Shown piece by piece: positions 33,018 through 41,558 of a stretch of DNA of 64,000 nt. Made by a program: the position numbers and the translations under genes. The stretch lies in NCBI RefSeq assembly GCF_017469785.1, contig NZ_JAFUFU010000008.1. One strand, 5' to 3'. This DNA comes from Treponema sp. Its GTDB lineage: Bacteria > Spirochaetota > Spirochaetia > Treponematales > Treponemataceae. The notes beneath the pieces were generated by a model. The model was not told where the DNA came from. It searched no databases and was given only the letters and a program-made list of their open reading frames with translations. Every line of letters starts with the position of its first letter. Position 1 is the first letter of the stretch.

Positions 33018-33881
33018 TTGACAAGATACTGCGACGCCCATATCCATCTTTCTCACTCCAAAAAGCCTGAATTCAGCCTTGGCGAGCAGTATTTCTGTGT
33101 CTCATCCTGTCATTCTCAGGAAGAATTTGAATTTTTGTCGGGCGCATCCCTCACTCGCGCACTCTCGTTGTCGTGCGCTTTTCCGTTCGGGTCGGGTGTT
33201 CCGCCGCTCGGTAGCCCTCGGTCGTCCGCTTCGCTTCCGACTGGCTCCGCCACAGCTACATACCCTTGCGCTTTTATTTCCTACGGCATTCATCCGCAGT
33301 CGCCATCACTTAAAGAGACTTCTTTTGTAAAAAGAGAGCTTGAATATCTTGAATCCCTGCTTGCTTCCAAAAAAATTGTGGCGGTAGGCGAGTGCGGATT
33401 TGATTTTTTCACGCAGGAATTCAAGGCTACGGCGCGGGAGCAGGAAAATGTTTTTGAAGCCCAGCTTGCCCTTGCCCAGAAATACAATGTGCCCTTGGTC
33501 CTGCATTTGCGGAAAGCCATCGAAAAAGTCTTCTCTTATTCCCGAGCTCTTAAGGATGTCAGGGCTGTAATATTCCATTCATTTCCTGGAACGCTCCGGG
33601 AAGCCAAGTCCCTCAGAAATCACGGAATCAACGCTTTCTTTTCCTTTGGAAAACCCGTTCTTAACGGCAAAAAAAGCGCGATTGACTGCCTTTCCAATCT
33701 TCCTTCGGAAAACCTGCTCCTTGAAACAGACGCTCCCTATCAGACATTGAAAGGCGAGCAGGAGACTTTTCCGTCCGAAATCAAACGGGTCTACGAAATG
33801 GCTTGTCAGCTTAGAAAATGCCCGGCAGGGGAGCTTTCTTCTATCATTTACGAAAATTTTTGCCGGGCATTTTGTATTTAA
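33018..33881 (+). CDS. tatD: TatD-family metal-dependent hydrolase carrying a ~44-aa GC-rich insertion
   Basis: CDAHIHL, GECGFDF, PLVLHLRKA and LLETDAPY. The start codon is TTG. The insertion lies at about 33139-33272. Confidence 0.8.
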   Translation: MTRYCDAHIHLSHSKKPEFSLGEQYFCVSSCHSQEEFEFLSGASLTRALSLSCAFPFGSGVPPLGSPRSSASLPTGSATATYPCAFISYGIHPQSPSLKETSFVKRELEYLESLLASKKIVAVGECGFDFFTQEFKATAREQENVFEAQLALAQKYNVPLVLHLRKAIEKVFSYSRALKDVRAVIFHSFPGTLREAKSLRNHGINAFFSFGKPVLNGKKSAIDCLSNLPSENLLLETDAPYQTLKGEQETFPSEIKRVYEMACQLRKCPAGELSSIIYENFCRAFCI

Positions 33882-33933
33882 ATTGAAGTGATGTTCAGCC
33901 CTTTACAGGGCTTTACCATGCTTTTATCTTGGA

Positions 33934-34467
33934 CTAGTTTCCCTGAGCCGGGAATTCTTCCTGAACGCTTGCGATGTCAGCCTCAGAGGCCTGGGTCCAG
34001 TACTGGAAGACTTTGATGGGGCCAACTGTACCAGCCATGGCAAGTGTAGGCTCTTTTGCTGTGTATCCCTTGTTTTTATCGCCGGAGGCAAGATATTTGA
34101 TTACGCATCCGTACATCTTTCCGCTGCCAGGATCAATGATGTTTCCCTTGCTCCAGTTGCCTTCTGATTCTTTTTTCATGTTGAAAATCCATGGTGTTCC
34201 TACGGTCTTCATTTCGTTTACGTTGCCTGCAAGCGGGAAGCCTTTGTAGCTTTTTTTGCATGCGCTGGCGATAACGTCCTGAGGATTGTCAACCACGGCC
34301 GCAATCGTTCCGTAGAGAGTGCCGCTTTCCTCATAGATTTTCCAGATGGCGGTGATTTTGCCTGTTTTGTCATCGACGCTTTTCCATAGTCCGCATGCCG
34401 GATCTGCGGCAAAAACGGAAAGACTGCTGACAAATAGGGCAGCGAGAAGTGCAAGTACTTTTTTCAT
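33934..34467 (-). CDS. Secreted DUF2147-family protein
   Basis: An AGGAGGAAT RBS is followed by the signal peptide MKKVLALLAALFVSSLSVFA. The GLWKSVDDKTGKITAIWKIYE...LYGTI signature is present. Confidence 0.7.
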   Translation of the reverse strand: MKKVLALLAALFVSSLSVFAADPACGLWKSVDDKTGKITAIWKIYEESGTLYGTIAAVVDNPQDVIASACKKSYKGFPLAGNVNEMKTVGTPWIFNMKKESEGNWSKGNIIDPGSGKMYGCVIKYLASGDKNKGYTAKEPTLAMAGTVGPIKVFQYWTQASEADIASVQEEFPAQGN

Positions 34468-34528
34468 ACGATTCCTCCTTGTTGAAAGTGATAGTACCAC
34501 TATCAGTATATATCACTTATATTATTTG

Positions 34529-34873
34529 TCAAGGATTTATTTTGAGCCTTGCGACTCCTTCTCCGTAGTCTTTCCACATTTCATCGACCAGACTCTGGGC
34601 GTCACCGCTGGTTTTTCCCCGGAGCAGGTCTTCAAGCTTCTGTCCTGAATTCTTGAGCTTTTCCATGCAGAGTTGTCTGGCGGCCCCTTTTGTCGCGTGG
34701 ACATAGCTCGCAGCCTCGCTCATATCCCCGCTTGAAATCATTTTTTCAAGGCTGCTCTTTTCAAATTTATTTTCCGTCAGAAAAGAATCAATCAGTATCG
34801 AAAGAAGTTCCTCGTCACCATCCAGAAGGTTAAGGGCCGCTTCTCTGTCAAAGACCGGCGCTTTATCGCTCAT
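34529..34873 (-). CDS. Stand-alone Hpt (histidine phosphotransfer) domain protein
   Basis: SYVHATKGAARQL carries the H-x-x-K-G phospho-His motif. The protein is 114 aa. Confidence 0.75.
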   Translation of the reverse strand: MSDKAPVFDREAALNLLDGDEELLSILIDSFLTENKFEKSSLEKMISSGDMSEAASYVHATKGAARQLCMEKLKNSGQKLEDLLRGKTSGDAQSLVDEMWKDYGEGVARLKINP

Positions 34874-36440
34874 AAAAATCTTCTCCGTCCTTGTTTGTGA
34901 TTACAAAACATGGAAGATTTCGCACTTCGACGAGACGCACGGCTTCCATTCCAAGATCCTCGTAGTCGAGGATTTCCTGACTTACGATATATTCGCTTGC
35001 TATGAGAGCGGCGATTCCTCCCGGGGTTCCAAGATAGAAGGCGCCGTATTTCCTGCAGGCGTTCGTCCAGCCCTTGCTCCTGTTGCCTTTTGCAAGGGTG
35101 ACCAGCGCCGCTCCCCGGCTCATGAGTGATTCTGCGTATACATCCATTCTGCCGGCCGTGGTGGGGCCGAAACTTCCGATGACTTTTCCGTTCGGTGTGC
35201 GGGCAGGGCCTGCGTAGCAGATTGGGTAGCGTGTGGTGTATTCCGGGAGCTCTTTTCCTGAATCAAGGAGTTTTTGCCAGCGTGCATGAGCCGCATCCCT
35301 GGCTACAAGAATTTTCCCGTTCAGTATGATTCTGTCGCCGGGTTTTGCCTTTGAAAGGGCGGAAAGGACTTTTGAAATGTCTCCTTTGCTTGTGACTTCT
35401 GTTTCTTTTGATTCGGATTTTTTTCCCGCAGATGAAACCGCCTTTTCAAATCCTTCAAGTTCACTTGGGTTTGCTACGGTCTTCTGCAGGTAAAGGCCTT
35501 CTTTCGTGATGACGGCTTTCAAGTTGCGGTGTGCGGAACATGAGACTCCGAAGGAAATGGGGCAGCTGGCTCCGTGCCGTGGAAGACGGATGACTGTGGC
35601 ACTCAGGGCGAATTTTTTCCCGCCGAACTGAGCTCCGTAACCTGATTCACGGGCGATTTTCATTGTTTCTTCCTCAAGCTCCCTGTCCCTGAATCCCCGG
35701 TCGTTTGGCTCGTAAGTCATGTCATCGTAAGCGCCCATTGTTGCCAGCTTCAATGCGAGAAGATTCTGCTCCGGGCTCAACCCTCCTGCGACCACGGCTA
35801 TGGTGTATGGGGGACATGCGCTGGTTCCGAAGTGCTCGATTTCTTCTCTCATGAGGGCCGAGAAACGCTCTTTTGTAAGATATGCTTTTGTGCCCTGAAT
35901 GAAACTGGTTTTGTTAGATGAGCCGCCGCCTTTTGCGCAGAAAATAAATGAAAGTGAATCTTCCCCGGCGGTTTTTACGAAGGATGGCGTGGGTGCGAGG
36001 GCGCAGTCTGCGTCAAAAATCGAAACCTGTGGAGGAAGATTGTTTTTCGGGTCTTTTTCATCGTAAAATGATATGGGAACGGTGGTTGAAAAGCGCAGTT
36101 TTTTTTCGTCGTAGACTTTTTTGACTCCGGCACTGAGTTTTTCATAGGCGTCCTTTGTGGGAAATGAGCCCTTCTTCCATGCGAAAATGTTTGCGATTCC
36201 AGTATCCTGACAAAGAGGAAATACTCCCCTGGAAGAGACTTCCGCATTTTTGAGCATGCAGGAAAGGACGTAGCGGTCGTTGTCCGTTGCGTCCTTGTCC
36301 AGGGCCGCCTCTATAATGCCCTCAAGATGCTCTTTTGTGAAAGTGAAGGAAAGGCGAGAGAATGCCTGTTCCGCTGCCTCGGAGAGTTCTGTTTCTCCCG
36401 GGAAAAAATCGAAATCGGAAAGACTGTTTTGTTCTTGCAT
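34863..36440 (-). CDS. Class I (Fe-S) fumarate hydratase / tartrate dehydratase family, fused alpha and beta domains
   Basis: LCQDTGIANIF and the Cys ligands. The C-terminal beta-domain is GPTTAGRMD...GKG. Confidence 0.85.
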   Translation of the reverse strand: MQEQNSLSDFDFFPGETELSEAAEQAFSRLSFTFTKEHLEGIIEAALDKDATDNDRYVLSCMLKNAEVSSRGVFPLCQDTGIANIFAWKKGSFPTKDAYEKLSAGVKKVYDEKKLRFSTTVPISFYDEKDPKNNLPPQVSIFDADCALAPTPSFVKTAGEDSLSFIFCAKGGGSSNKTSFIQGTKAYLTKERFSALMREEIEHFGTSACPPYTIAVVAGGLSPEQNLLALKLATMGAYDDMTYEPNDRGFRDRELEEETMKIARESGYGAQFGGKKFALSATVIRLPRHGASCPISFGVSCSAHRNLKAVITKEGLYLQKTVANPSELEGFEKAVSSAGKKSESKETEVTSKGDISKVLSALSKAKPGDRIILNGKILVARDAAHARWQKLLDSGKELPEYTTRYPICYAGPARTPNGKVIGSFGPTTAGRMDVYAESLMSRGAALVTLAKGNRSKGWTNACRKYGAFYLGTPGGIAALIASEYIVSQEILDYEDLGMEAVRLVEVRNLPCFVITNKDGEDFYER

Positions 36441-36493
36441 GGAAAGAAATATATCACAATGACAATTTTTTCTCTATCTGATATACTGTCTTT

Positions 36494-38257
36494 ATGAATA
36501 TAAAAAATCTTTCTGTGCTTTCCCGCGCATGCGTCATTGGGACTGCGCTTTTTTCACTTTCCCTGCTTTCATTTCACCCTGATATTTCCCTGATAGCTTT
36601 TCCTTTTTCACTCATTTTTACAGGCTGTCTTGCCTTCTTTTCATTAAAAAAACTTTTCGCTGATTCCGCTCTTGCTTTCATTGCCGTTTTCCGGGAGCTT
36701 CTGCAGTATCTGCCCTATGTTATGCTGGTGGCATTTGTGTTCCGCCGTGCCGGAAATTATGGCACTCCCTTTGCACTTGATGTTTTGTCCGTGCTCCTGT
36801 GGCTCTTCTCTTCGGCTCTTGCTCTCGTAATCCTTCATTATCTCAATCCAAAGCATATTTCTGGAGTCTCAAAAGAATGGTCTGATTTTCTAGAAAAACA
36901 GAAGGCTGGGCGCAAGAATCCGAAAAACAAGTCCTTCCTCAAGACTACTCTTCGCGAAATCTTGAGCTGGATTGACGCCCTTGTGCAGGCGGTTTTCATG
37001 GTTCTTTTGCTTAATATTTTCATCGTCCAGCTCTACGAGATTCCTTCTGAATCCATGGTTCCGGAATTCCTCATAAAAGACCGGGTTGTGGTGTTCAAGA
37101 CCTTGAGCGGGCCTAAATTTCCTCTCTCCGATGTGGGGCTTCCTTATCTCAAAAAATACAATCGCGGCGACATCGTGGTGTTCAGGAATCCACATTATGC
37201 CAATGACCGGAAATCAGAGGTCAGGACTTTCATATCCCAGTTGGTCTACATGTGTACCCTTACAAAAGTGAATCTCAATGTGGACGAGAACGGAAATCAA
37301 AAGGCAGATCCTCTGGTAAAGCGTGTCTGTGGCGTAGAGGGCGAGCAGCTTATGATGCAGGACGGCGTTCTCTATGCCAGGACCAAGGATTCCCCTGAAT
37401 TCAAGGCTGTGGAGCTTGATGCGCGCTGGGCGGCATGGAATTTGAACTCGGTGAAACCCAGCTTGAAAAAAGGAATTCATGATTTCCCTCTTTCTGAAAG
37501 TGATTATGCACAAATGCTTGAAACCGAGGAAGAGAGGCGCAATCTTAATCTTGAAGACCTGGCCTCTGAATGCAGAAAAATTGCCTCTGATTTTGAGGAA
37601 AATTACGATAAACTAAAGACTTCCAAAAAAACTACTGTTTCATTCACCGATGAGCAGCTCAATGTATATTCCCTGTTCATAAATTCAAATTATTTTGCCG
37701 CAAGCCTTCTGTCTTGTGAGAACGGGGCTTCCTGGTTCAGGGCTTTCATGACGGACTGGTGCGGAAAGGAAATTGATTTTGCCGGTGACTTGTATGCCGA
37801 GGCGAATTTCCGCCTGAATCTTATGATAAAAAGGATTGCGGGAAAAATCATCCTGCGTAATGCCCAGCTTTATCTTTCCGGCATATCTGACGAAAATTTT
37901 GCATCTGATGCGGTTCGTAATGAATTAATGGCTGAGGCTCAGCGCCTTTTTACTTATTGTATGCTGCTTGACCAGCGTAATATGCCGGTCTTTCCTTCCA
38001 ACGATGAGAATGGAAATCCCCGCTACATCCCGAAAAATTCGTATTTCATGATGGGCGACAATCGTTTCAATTCTCTCGACATGCGTCACTCATACGAAAG
38101 ATGGAATGTAAAACTAACTTCTGCCGATACTTATAGTGTCACTTACATGACAAATATGCAGCCGCAGTTCGTTAATCGAAGCCGCATGCTGGGTTCGACT
38201 TCCTATAGATTCTGGCCTGTTTCTCGCGCCGGCATTCCCGGAAAGCTGGGAAAGTAA
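36494..38257 (+). CDS. lepB: Signal peptidase I with a multi-TM N-terminal extension and a large internal insertion
   Basis: IPSESMVPEF holds the catalytic Ser, and GDNRFNSLDMRH is box E. The length of 587 aa compares with roughly 180-320 aa for typical enzymes. Confidence 0.85.
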   Translation: MNIKNLSVLSRACVIGTALFSLSLLSFHPDISLIAFPFSLIFTGCLAFFSLKKLFADSALAFIAVFRELLQYLPYVMLVAFVFRRAGNYGTPFALDVLSVLLWLFSSALALVILHYLNPKHISGVSKEWSDFLEKQKAGRKNPKNKSFLKTTLREILSWIDALVQAVFMVLLLNIFIVQLYEIPSESMVPEFLIKDRVVVFKTLSGPKFPLSDVGLPYLKKYNRGDIVVFRNPHYANDRKSEVRTFISQLVYMCTLTKVNLNVDENGNQKADPLVKRVCGVEGEQLMMQDGVLYARTKDSPEFKAVELDARWAAWNLNSVKPSLKKGIHDFPLSESDYAQMLETEEERRNLNLEDLASECRKIASDFEENYDKLKTSKKTTVSFTDEQLNVYSLFINSNYFAASLLSCENGASWFRAFMTDWCGKEIDFAGDLYAEANFRLNLMIKRIAGKIILRNAQLYLSGISDENFASDAVRNELMAEAQRLFTYCMLLDQRNMPVFPSNDENGNPRYIPKNSYFMMGDNRFNSLDMRHSYERWNVKLTSADTYSVTYMTNMQPQFVNRSRMLGSTSYRFWPVSRAGIPGKLGK

Positions 38258-38326
38258 TATGCGGGCCTTCTGGATGTGAGCTTTTCAGGCTCTTCAATCA
38301 GCCGGGCTTTTAAGGTGGTGTTGGTT

Positions 38327-39409
38327 ATGAATAAAAGATTTTTTCCGTTTTTTTTTCTTTTTTCTCTTAACGTGCTTTTTGCCCAGACAACGCAAAACGG
38401 TGAGGGGCTGGTCTCTGTCCGCAGCGAGGCTCCTTCGCTGTCTGAGGTGACGGCTCATATTGCTTTTGAAGAAGTTCCTTCGCTCTTGCAGGGCATCTGG
38501 CAGGGAAGTGACCGCCTGATTATGTTCTCGAATCAGAATGAATTTGCCCTTGTCCTGCGTGTCTTCTATCAATGGTACAATGACCGCGCTTCAGAGCCAG
38601 CCTCCTTTGCAGAACTGAAATCCAGAGACAGAAATAATACAACTGTTTCCCCTGCTGAAGATATTCAGATTCAGTATATCACGATTGTTGAGAATCCTTC
38701 AAAGACGGCCGGGGTATATGAGCTTTCCGTAAAGTATCCCCATGATAAAAATCCTGTACTTATTCCTGTATGCGTCATTGATGGAAAAATTTATCTTGAT
38801 TTCCTTATTAAAGATAGCGCTGAAATCACTGATACGCGTCTTCGACCGGATTCAGGCGGGGAGAAGTCTGCATCTGACGGTTTTTATCGGGCGGCATCCT
38901 CTGCTTCTGGAATCACGATTGCCCCCCCTGTCTTCAATAAGGAAGTCCTGTCTTATTTTGTGACCAGTGAAGGAAAGGAAATCTATAAAATCCGCTACTG
39001 GCTTTCTGAGATGGACTATTCTTATGCCAAGGCAACATTTTCCGATGGTGACAAAATCTTCTCCGTTGATAAATATCTGAGAATCGGCTCCTCTGTCTTT
39101 CAATGCACGACGGGAAGAAGCACCAAAATCCGAAACATACAGAAATCATCAAAATTTGATAAGACGACGATTTATGATTCAGACGGTGGAATCATCGCAT
39201 TTGGAAATCCCTATCTAGTAAAAGTGCCGGAAGGAAGCGAGCGCGAAACTCTATTTGAGCTTGTGTCAGAGAATAACAAGCGCAGAAAACCTGCTCCCAG
39301 ACATCTTTTTCCTCCTGATTTCCCGAAATTCCGCTGGAAGGAAATTACAGATTTGGAACTTTACAATCCCTCAACGTGGAATAAACGGAATCTTGACATC
39401 CATAAGTAA
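38327..39409 (+). CDS. Secreted hypothetical protein
   Basis: AAGGTGGTG RBS and the signal peptide MNKRFFPFFFLFSLNVLFAQ. Confidence 0.55.
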   Translation: MNKRFFPFFFLFSLNVLFAQTTQNGEGLVSVRSEAPSLSEVTAHIAFEEVPSLLQGIWQGSDRLIMFSNQNEFALVLRVFYQWYNDRASEPASFAELKSRDRNNTTVSPAEDIQIQYITIVENPSKTAGVYELSVKYPHDKNPVLIPVCVIDGKIYLDFLIKDSAEITDTRLRPDSGGEKSASDGFYRAASSASGITIAPPVFNKEVLSYFVTSEGKEIYKIRYWLSEMDYSYAKATFSDGDKIFSVDKYLRIGSSVFQCTTGRSTKIRNIQKSSKFDKTTIYDSDGGIIAFGNPYLVKVPEGSERETLFELVSENNKRRKPAPRHLFPPDFPKFRWKEITDLELYNPSTWNKRNLDIHK

Positions 39410-39439
39410 AAAAAAGTTTCAAAAAAATTAAAAAAACGA

Positions 39440-39468
39440 TTGACACTTTTTTCTGATTTTGCTAATAT
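39440..39468 (+). promoter_or_regulatory. Strong sigma70 promoter with an A-rich UP-like tract, driving 5S rRNA
   Basis: TTGACA at 39440-39445, a 17-nt spacer, and TAATAT at 39463-39468. An A-rich run lies at 39410-39437. Confidence 0.6.
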
Positions 39469-39475
39469 TATATTC

Positions 39476-39584
39476 GCTGGTGGTCATAGTGAGGTGGCAA
39501 TACCCGTTCCCGTTCCGAACACGGAAGTCAAGCACCTTTACGCCGATGATACTCCAATTCGGGGGAAAGTAGGAAATCGCCAGC
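39476..39584 (+). rRNA. rrf: 5S ribosomal RNA, isolated copy
   Basis: GCTGGTGG...CCGTTCCGAACACGGAAGTCAAGC...CGCCGATGATAC...AGTAGGAAATCGCCAGC. Helix I closes, loop motifs are conserved, and a T-run follows. Confidence 0.9.
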
Positions 39585-39625
39585 TTTTTTTATTTTAAAT
39601 TGACATTTATCCCTGAGAGGTTCCC

Positions 39626-41383
39626 ATGGCAAAATTGACCGGTTCACAGATTATCATCAATCTTTTACGGCAGAATGGAATCGATGTCGTTTTCGGACTT
39701 CCCGGCGGAATGATTCTTCCCCTTTACAACGAACTTTTTGTCTCAAATTTCAAGCATGTTCTTGTCCGTCAGGAGCAGGCGGCGGGCTTTATGGCTCAGG
39801 GAGTTGCCCGCGTCACGGGAAAGGCTGCTGTCTGTATGGCAACCAGCGGTCCCGGAGCCATGAACCTTCTTACGGCTGTTGCTGATGCCAGAAGCGACTC
39901 GATTCCTCTGGTGGCTTTCACCGGTCAGGTAAACACAAACCTTATCGGAACTGACGCTTTTCAGGAGGCTGACACTTTCGGTCTTTCTTTCCCAATAACA
40001 AAACACTCTGTCATGGTCAAAAGCGCAAAGGAATTGCTCACTGCCGTTCCTCTTGCCTTCGCAATCGCAGAGAGCGGCCGACCTGGGCCTGTTTTAATCG
40101 ATGTTCCCCGCAATGTTCAGACTGAGCTTTGTGAAGTTCCGTCAGATTTTGACACATCCTTCAAGCGCATTTATAACGAATATGTCTCTCATGCCCTGCG
40201 CAACAAAACAAAAGATTCAGAAATTCCTTCTGTCGTCGAGAATATTGTCGCTTCTCTTGCCAAGGCAAAAAATCCGATTTTGTATGTGGGAGGCGGCTGT
40301 AATTCTCCTGAGGCCGGCGAAAAAATCGCCGAATTCCTCAAGATTTACGATATTCCGGTAATTTCAAGTCTCATGGGCCTGGGTGTCGTTCCCCGTTCTT
40401 GTCCTTCTTTCCTCGGCATGGTGGGTATGCACGGCACATTCACCGCAGGAAAGGCCGCCTATGACTCTGACTTAGTTATTGCGGCAGGAAGCCGTTTTGA
40501 TGACCGTGCGGCTGGCGTTCCCGATGGATTTTGTCCAAAGGCAAAAATCATTCACATTGACATCGACGCGGCTGAAATCAATAAAATCCTTCCTTCTTAC
40601 ATCAATTTTGTGGGAAGCACCATCCACGCTTTCTCTCAGATAAATTCTTCCCTCAAAAAAGCTGATTTGTCAGAATTTAAGAATGAGCGGGCAAAATGGC
40701 TGTCTTCTTGCATTGAGCTTAAAAATCAGGAGAAAATCCAGCTTGAAATGTCTTGCGCTGCGGCAGATTGCTGCGGCGCGAAAACTTGCGGCAAGAAGGG
40801 CGGGGCAAATTACCGAAATCCGCGGGAATTTATCGCCTCCCTTCCGTCTGGAAATGATATTATCGTCACCACTGATGTGGGCCAGCACCAGATGTGGGCC
40901 GCCCAGTATTTTGACGTTCAGCGACCACGTCAGTTTTTGACGTCAGGCTCCCTGGGAACTATGGGCTTCGGCCTTCCTGCGGCTTTGGGAGCGGCTTTTG
41001 CCGAGCCAGACAAGCGAATCGTCTGTATCTCAGGTGACGGCTCAATCCTTATGAACATTCAGGAACTTGCCACAATGGCAGAGAATAATCTTAATGTCAC
41101 GGTTATCGTCCTTGAAAACGGAGCTTTGGGCATGGTTCGACAGCAGCAGGAATATCTCTTCGACAAGCACTATTCTGCAAGCACTTTTGCCTCAAATCCG
41201 GATTTGCTCAAAATTGCAGAGGGCTTCGGGATCAGGTCTGTTGACGCGGACGCGGATCCTGACTGGCAGAAAAAGGCCTTTGGCGTAAAAGGTCCTGTCT
41301 TCGTGCGGACGAAAATCGCCCGCTGTGAGAATGTCCTTCCTTTCGTTAAAGGCGGAAGCCTCAATATCGATTCCCTTAGGTAA
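39626..41383 (+). CDS. ilvB: Acetolactate synthase (ThDP-dependent) large subunit
   Basis: GIDVVFGLPGG at the N-terminus, GSLGTMGFGLPAALGA and ISGDGS...NLNV are ThDP motifs. No small-subunit gene follows. Confidence 0.8.
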   Translation: MAKLTGSQIIINLLRQNGIDVVFGLPGGMILPLYNELFVSNFKHVLVRQEQAAGFMAQGVARVTGKAAVCMATSGPGAMNLLTAVADARSDSIPLVAFTGQVNTNLIGTDAFQEADTFGLSFPITKHSVMVKSAKELLTAVPLAFAIAESGRPGPVLIDVPRNVQTELCEVPSDFDTSFKRIYNEYVSHALRNKTKDSEIPSVVENIVASLAKAKNPILYVGGGCNSPEAGEKIAEFLKIYDIPVISSLMGLGVVPRSCPSFLGMVGMHGTFTAGKAAYDSDLVIAAGSRFDDRAAGVPDGFCPKAKIIHIDIDAAEINKILPSYINFVGSTIHAFSQINSSLKKADLSEFKNERAKWLSSCIELKNQEKIQLEMSCAAADCCGAKTCGKKGGANYRNPREFIASLPSGNDIIVTTDVGQHQMWAAQYFDVQRPRQFLTSGSLGTMGFGLPAALGAAFAEPDKRIVCISGDGSILMNIQELATMAENNLNVTVIVLENGALGMVRQQQEYLFDKHYSASTFASNPDLLKIAEGFGIRSVDADADPDWQKKAFGVKGPVFVRTKIARCENVLPFVKGGSLNIDSLR

Positions 41384-41391
41384 AATAAAAA

Positions 41392-41415
41392 AAACTCAAG
41401 GCTGACCTTGAGTTT
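41392..41415. terminator. Perfect 10-bp hairpin, terminator for tRNA-Val (minus strand) and possibly ilvB
   Basis: AAACTCAAGG-ctga-CCTTGAGTTT. On the minus strand a T8 run follows it. Confidence 0.7.
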
Positions 41416-41420
41416 GCGAG

Positions 41421-41493
41421 TGGGCAGTGAGAGACTCGAACTCCCGACAACCTGGGTGTAAACCAGGGGCTCTACCAACTGAGCTAACTGCCC
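41421..41493 (-). tRNA. tRNA-Val (anticodon TAC)
   Basis: The reverse complement reads GGGCAGTTAGCTCAGTTGGTAGAGCCCCTGGTTTACACCCAGGTTGTCGGGAGTTCGAGTCTCTCACTGCCCA. It forms a cloverleaf with the anticodon loop TTTACAC. Confidence 0.9.
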
Positions 41494-41506
41494 GAAAAGA
41501 TGTTTG

Positions 41507-41554
41507 ATATCCTATCAGAGTTACAAAATTGTGTCAATAACTCTGATAGGATAT
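41507..41554 (-). terminator. 16-bp perfect hairpin after the ComFB-like gene. Its loop carries a TTGACA box facing tRNA-Val.
   Basis: ATATCCTATCAGAGTT (41507-41522) pairs with AACTCTGATAGGATAT (41539-41554). Confidence 0.5.
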
Positions 41555-41558
41555 TTTG

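Noticed and set aside
38922-38928. A C7 tract inside the secreted-protein gene 38327-39409, as a second phase-variation site.
   Set aside because: The gene is intact and in frame. Seven nucleotides is at the low end for slippage, and no alternative-frame signal peptide logic exists as it does at 29529-29547.
40745-40810. A Cys-rich insertion (EMSCAAADCCGAKTCGKKGG) in the acetolactate synthase large subunit, as a possible metal or redox site.
   Set aside because: It arises from a short TGCGGC-type nucleotide repeat in a linker region that varies among ThDP enzymes. I have no basis for a functional claim.
41421-41493. tRNA-Val next to ilvB (a valine pathway gene), as a regulatory or attenuator arrangement.
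   Set aside because: The tRNA is on the opposite strand, downstream of ilvB, and has its own promoter and terminator. The adjacency is most simply coincidental.
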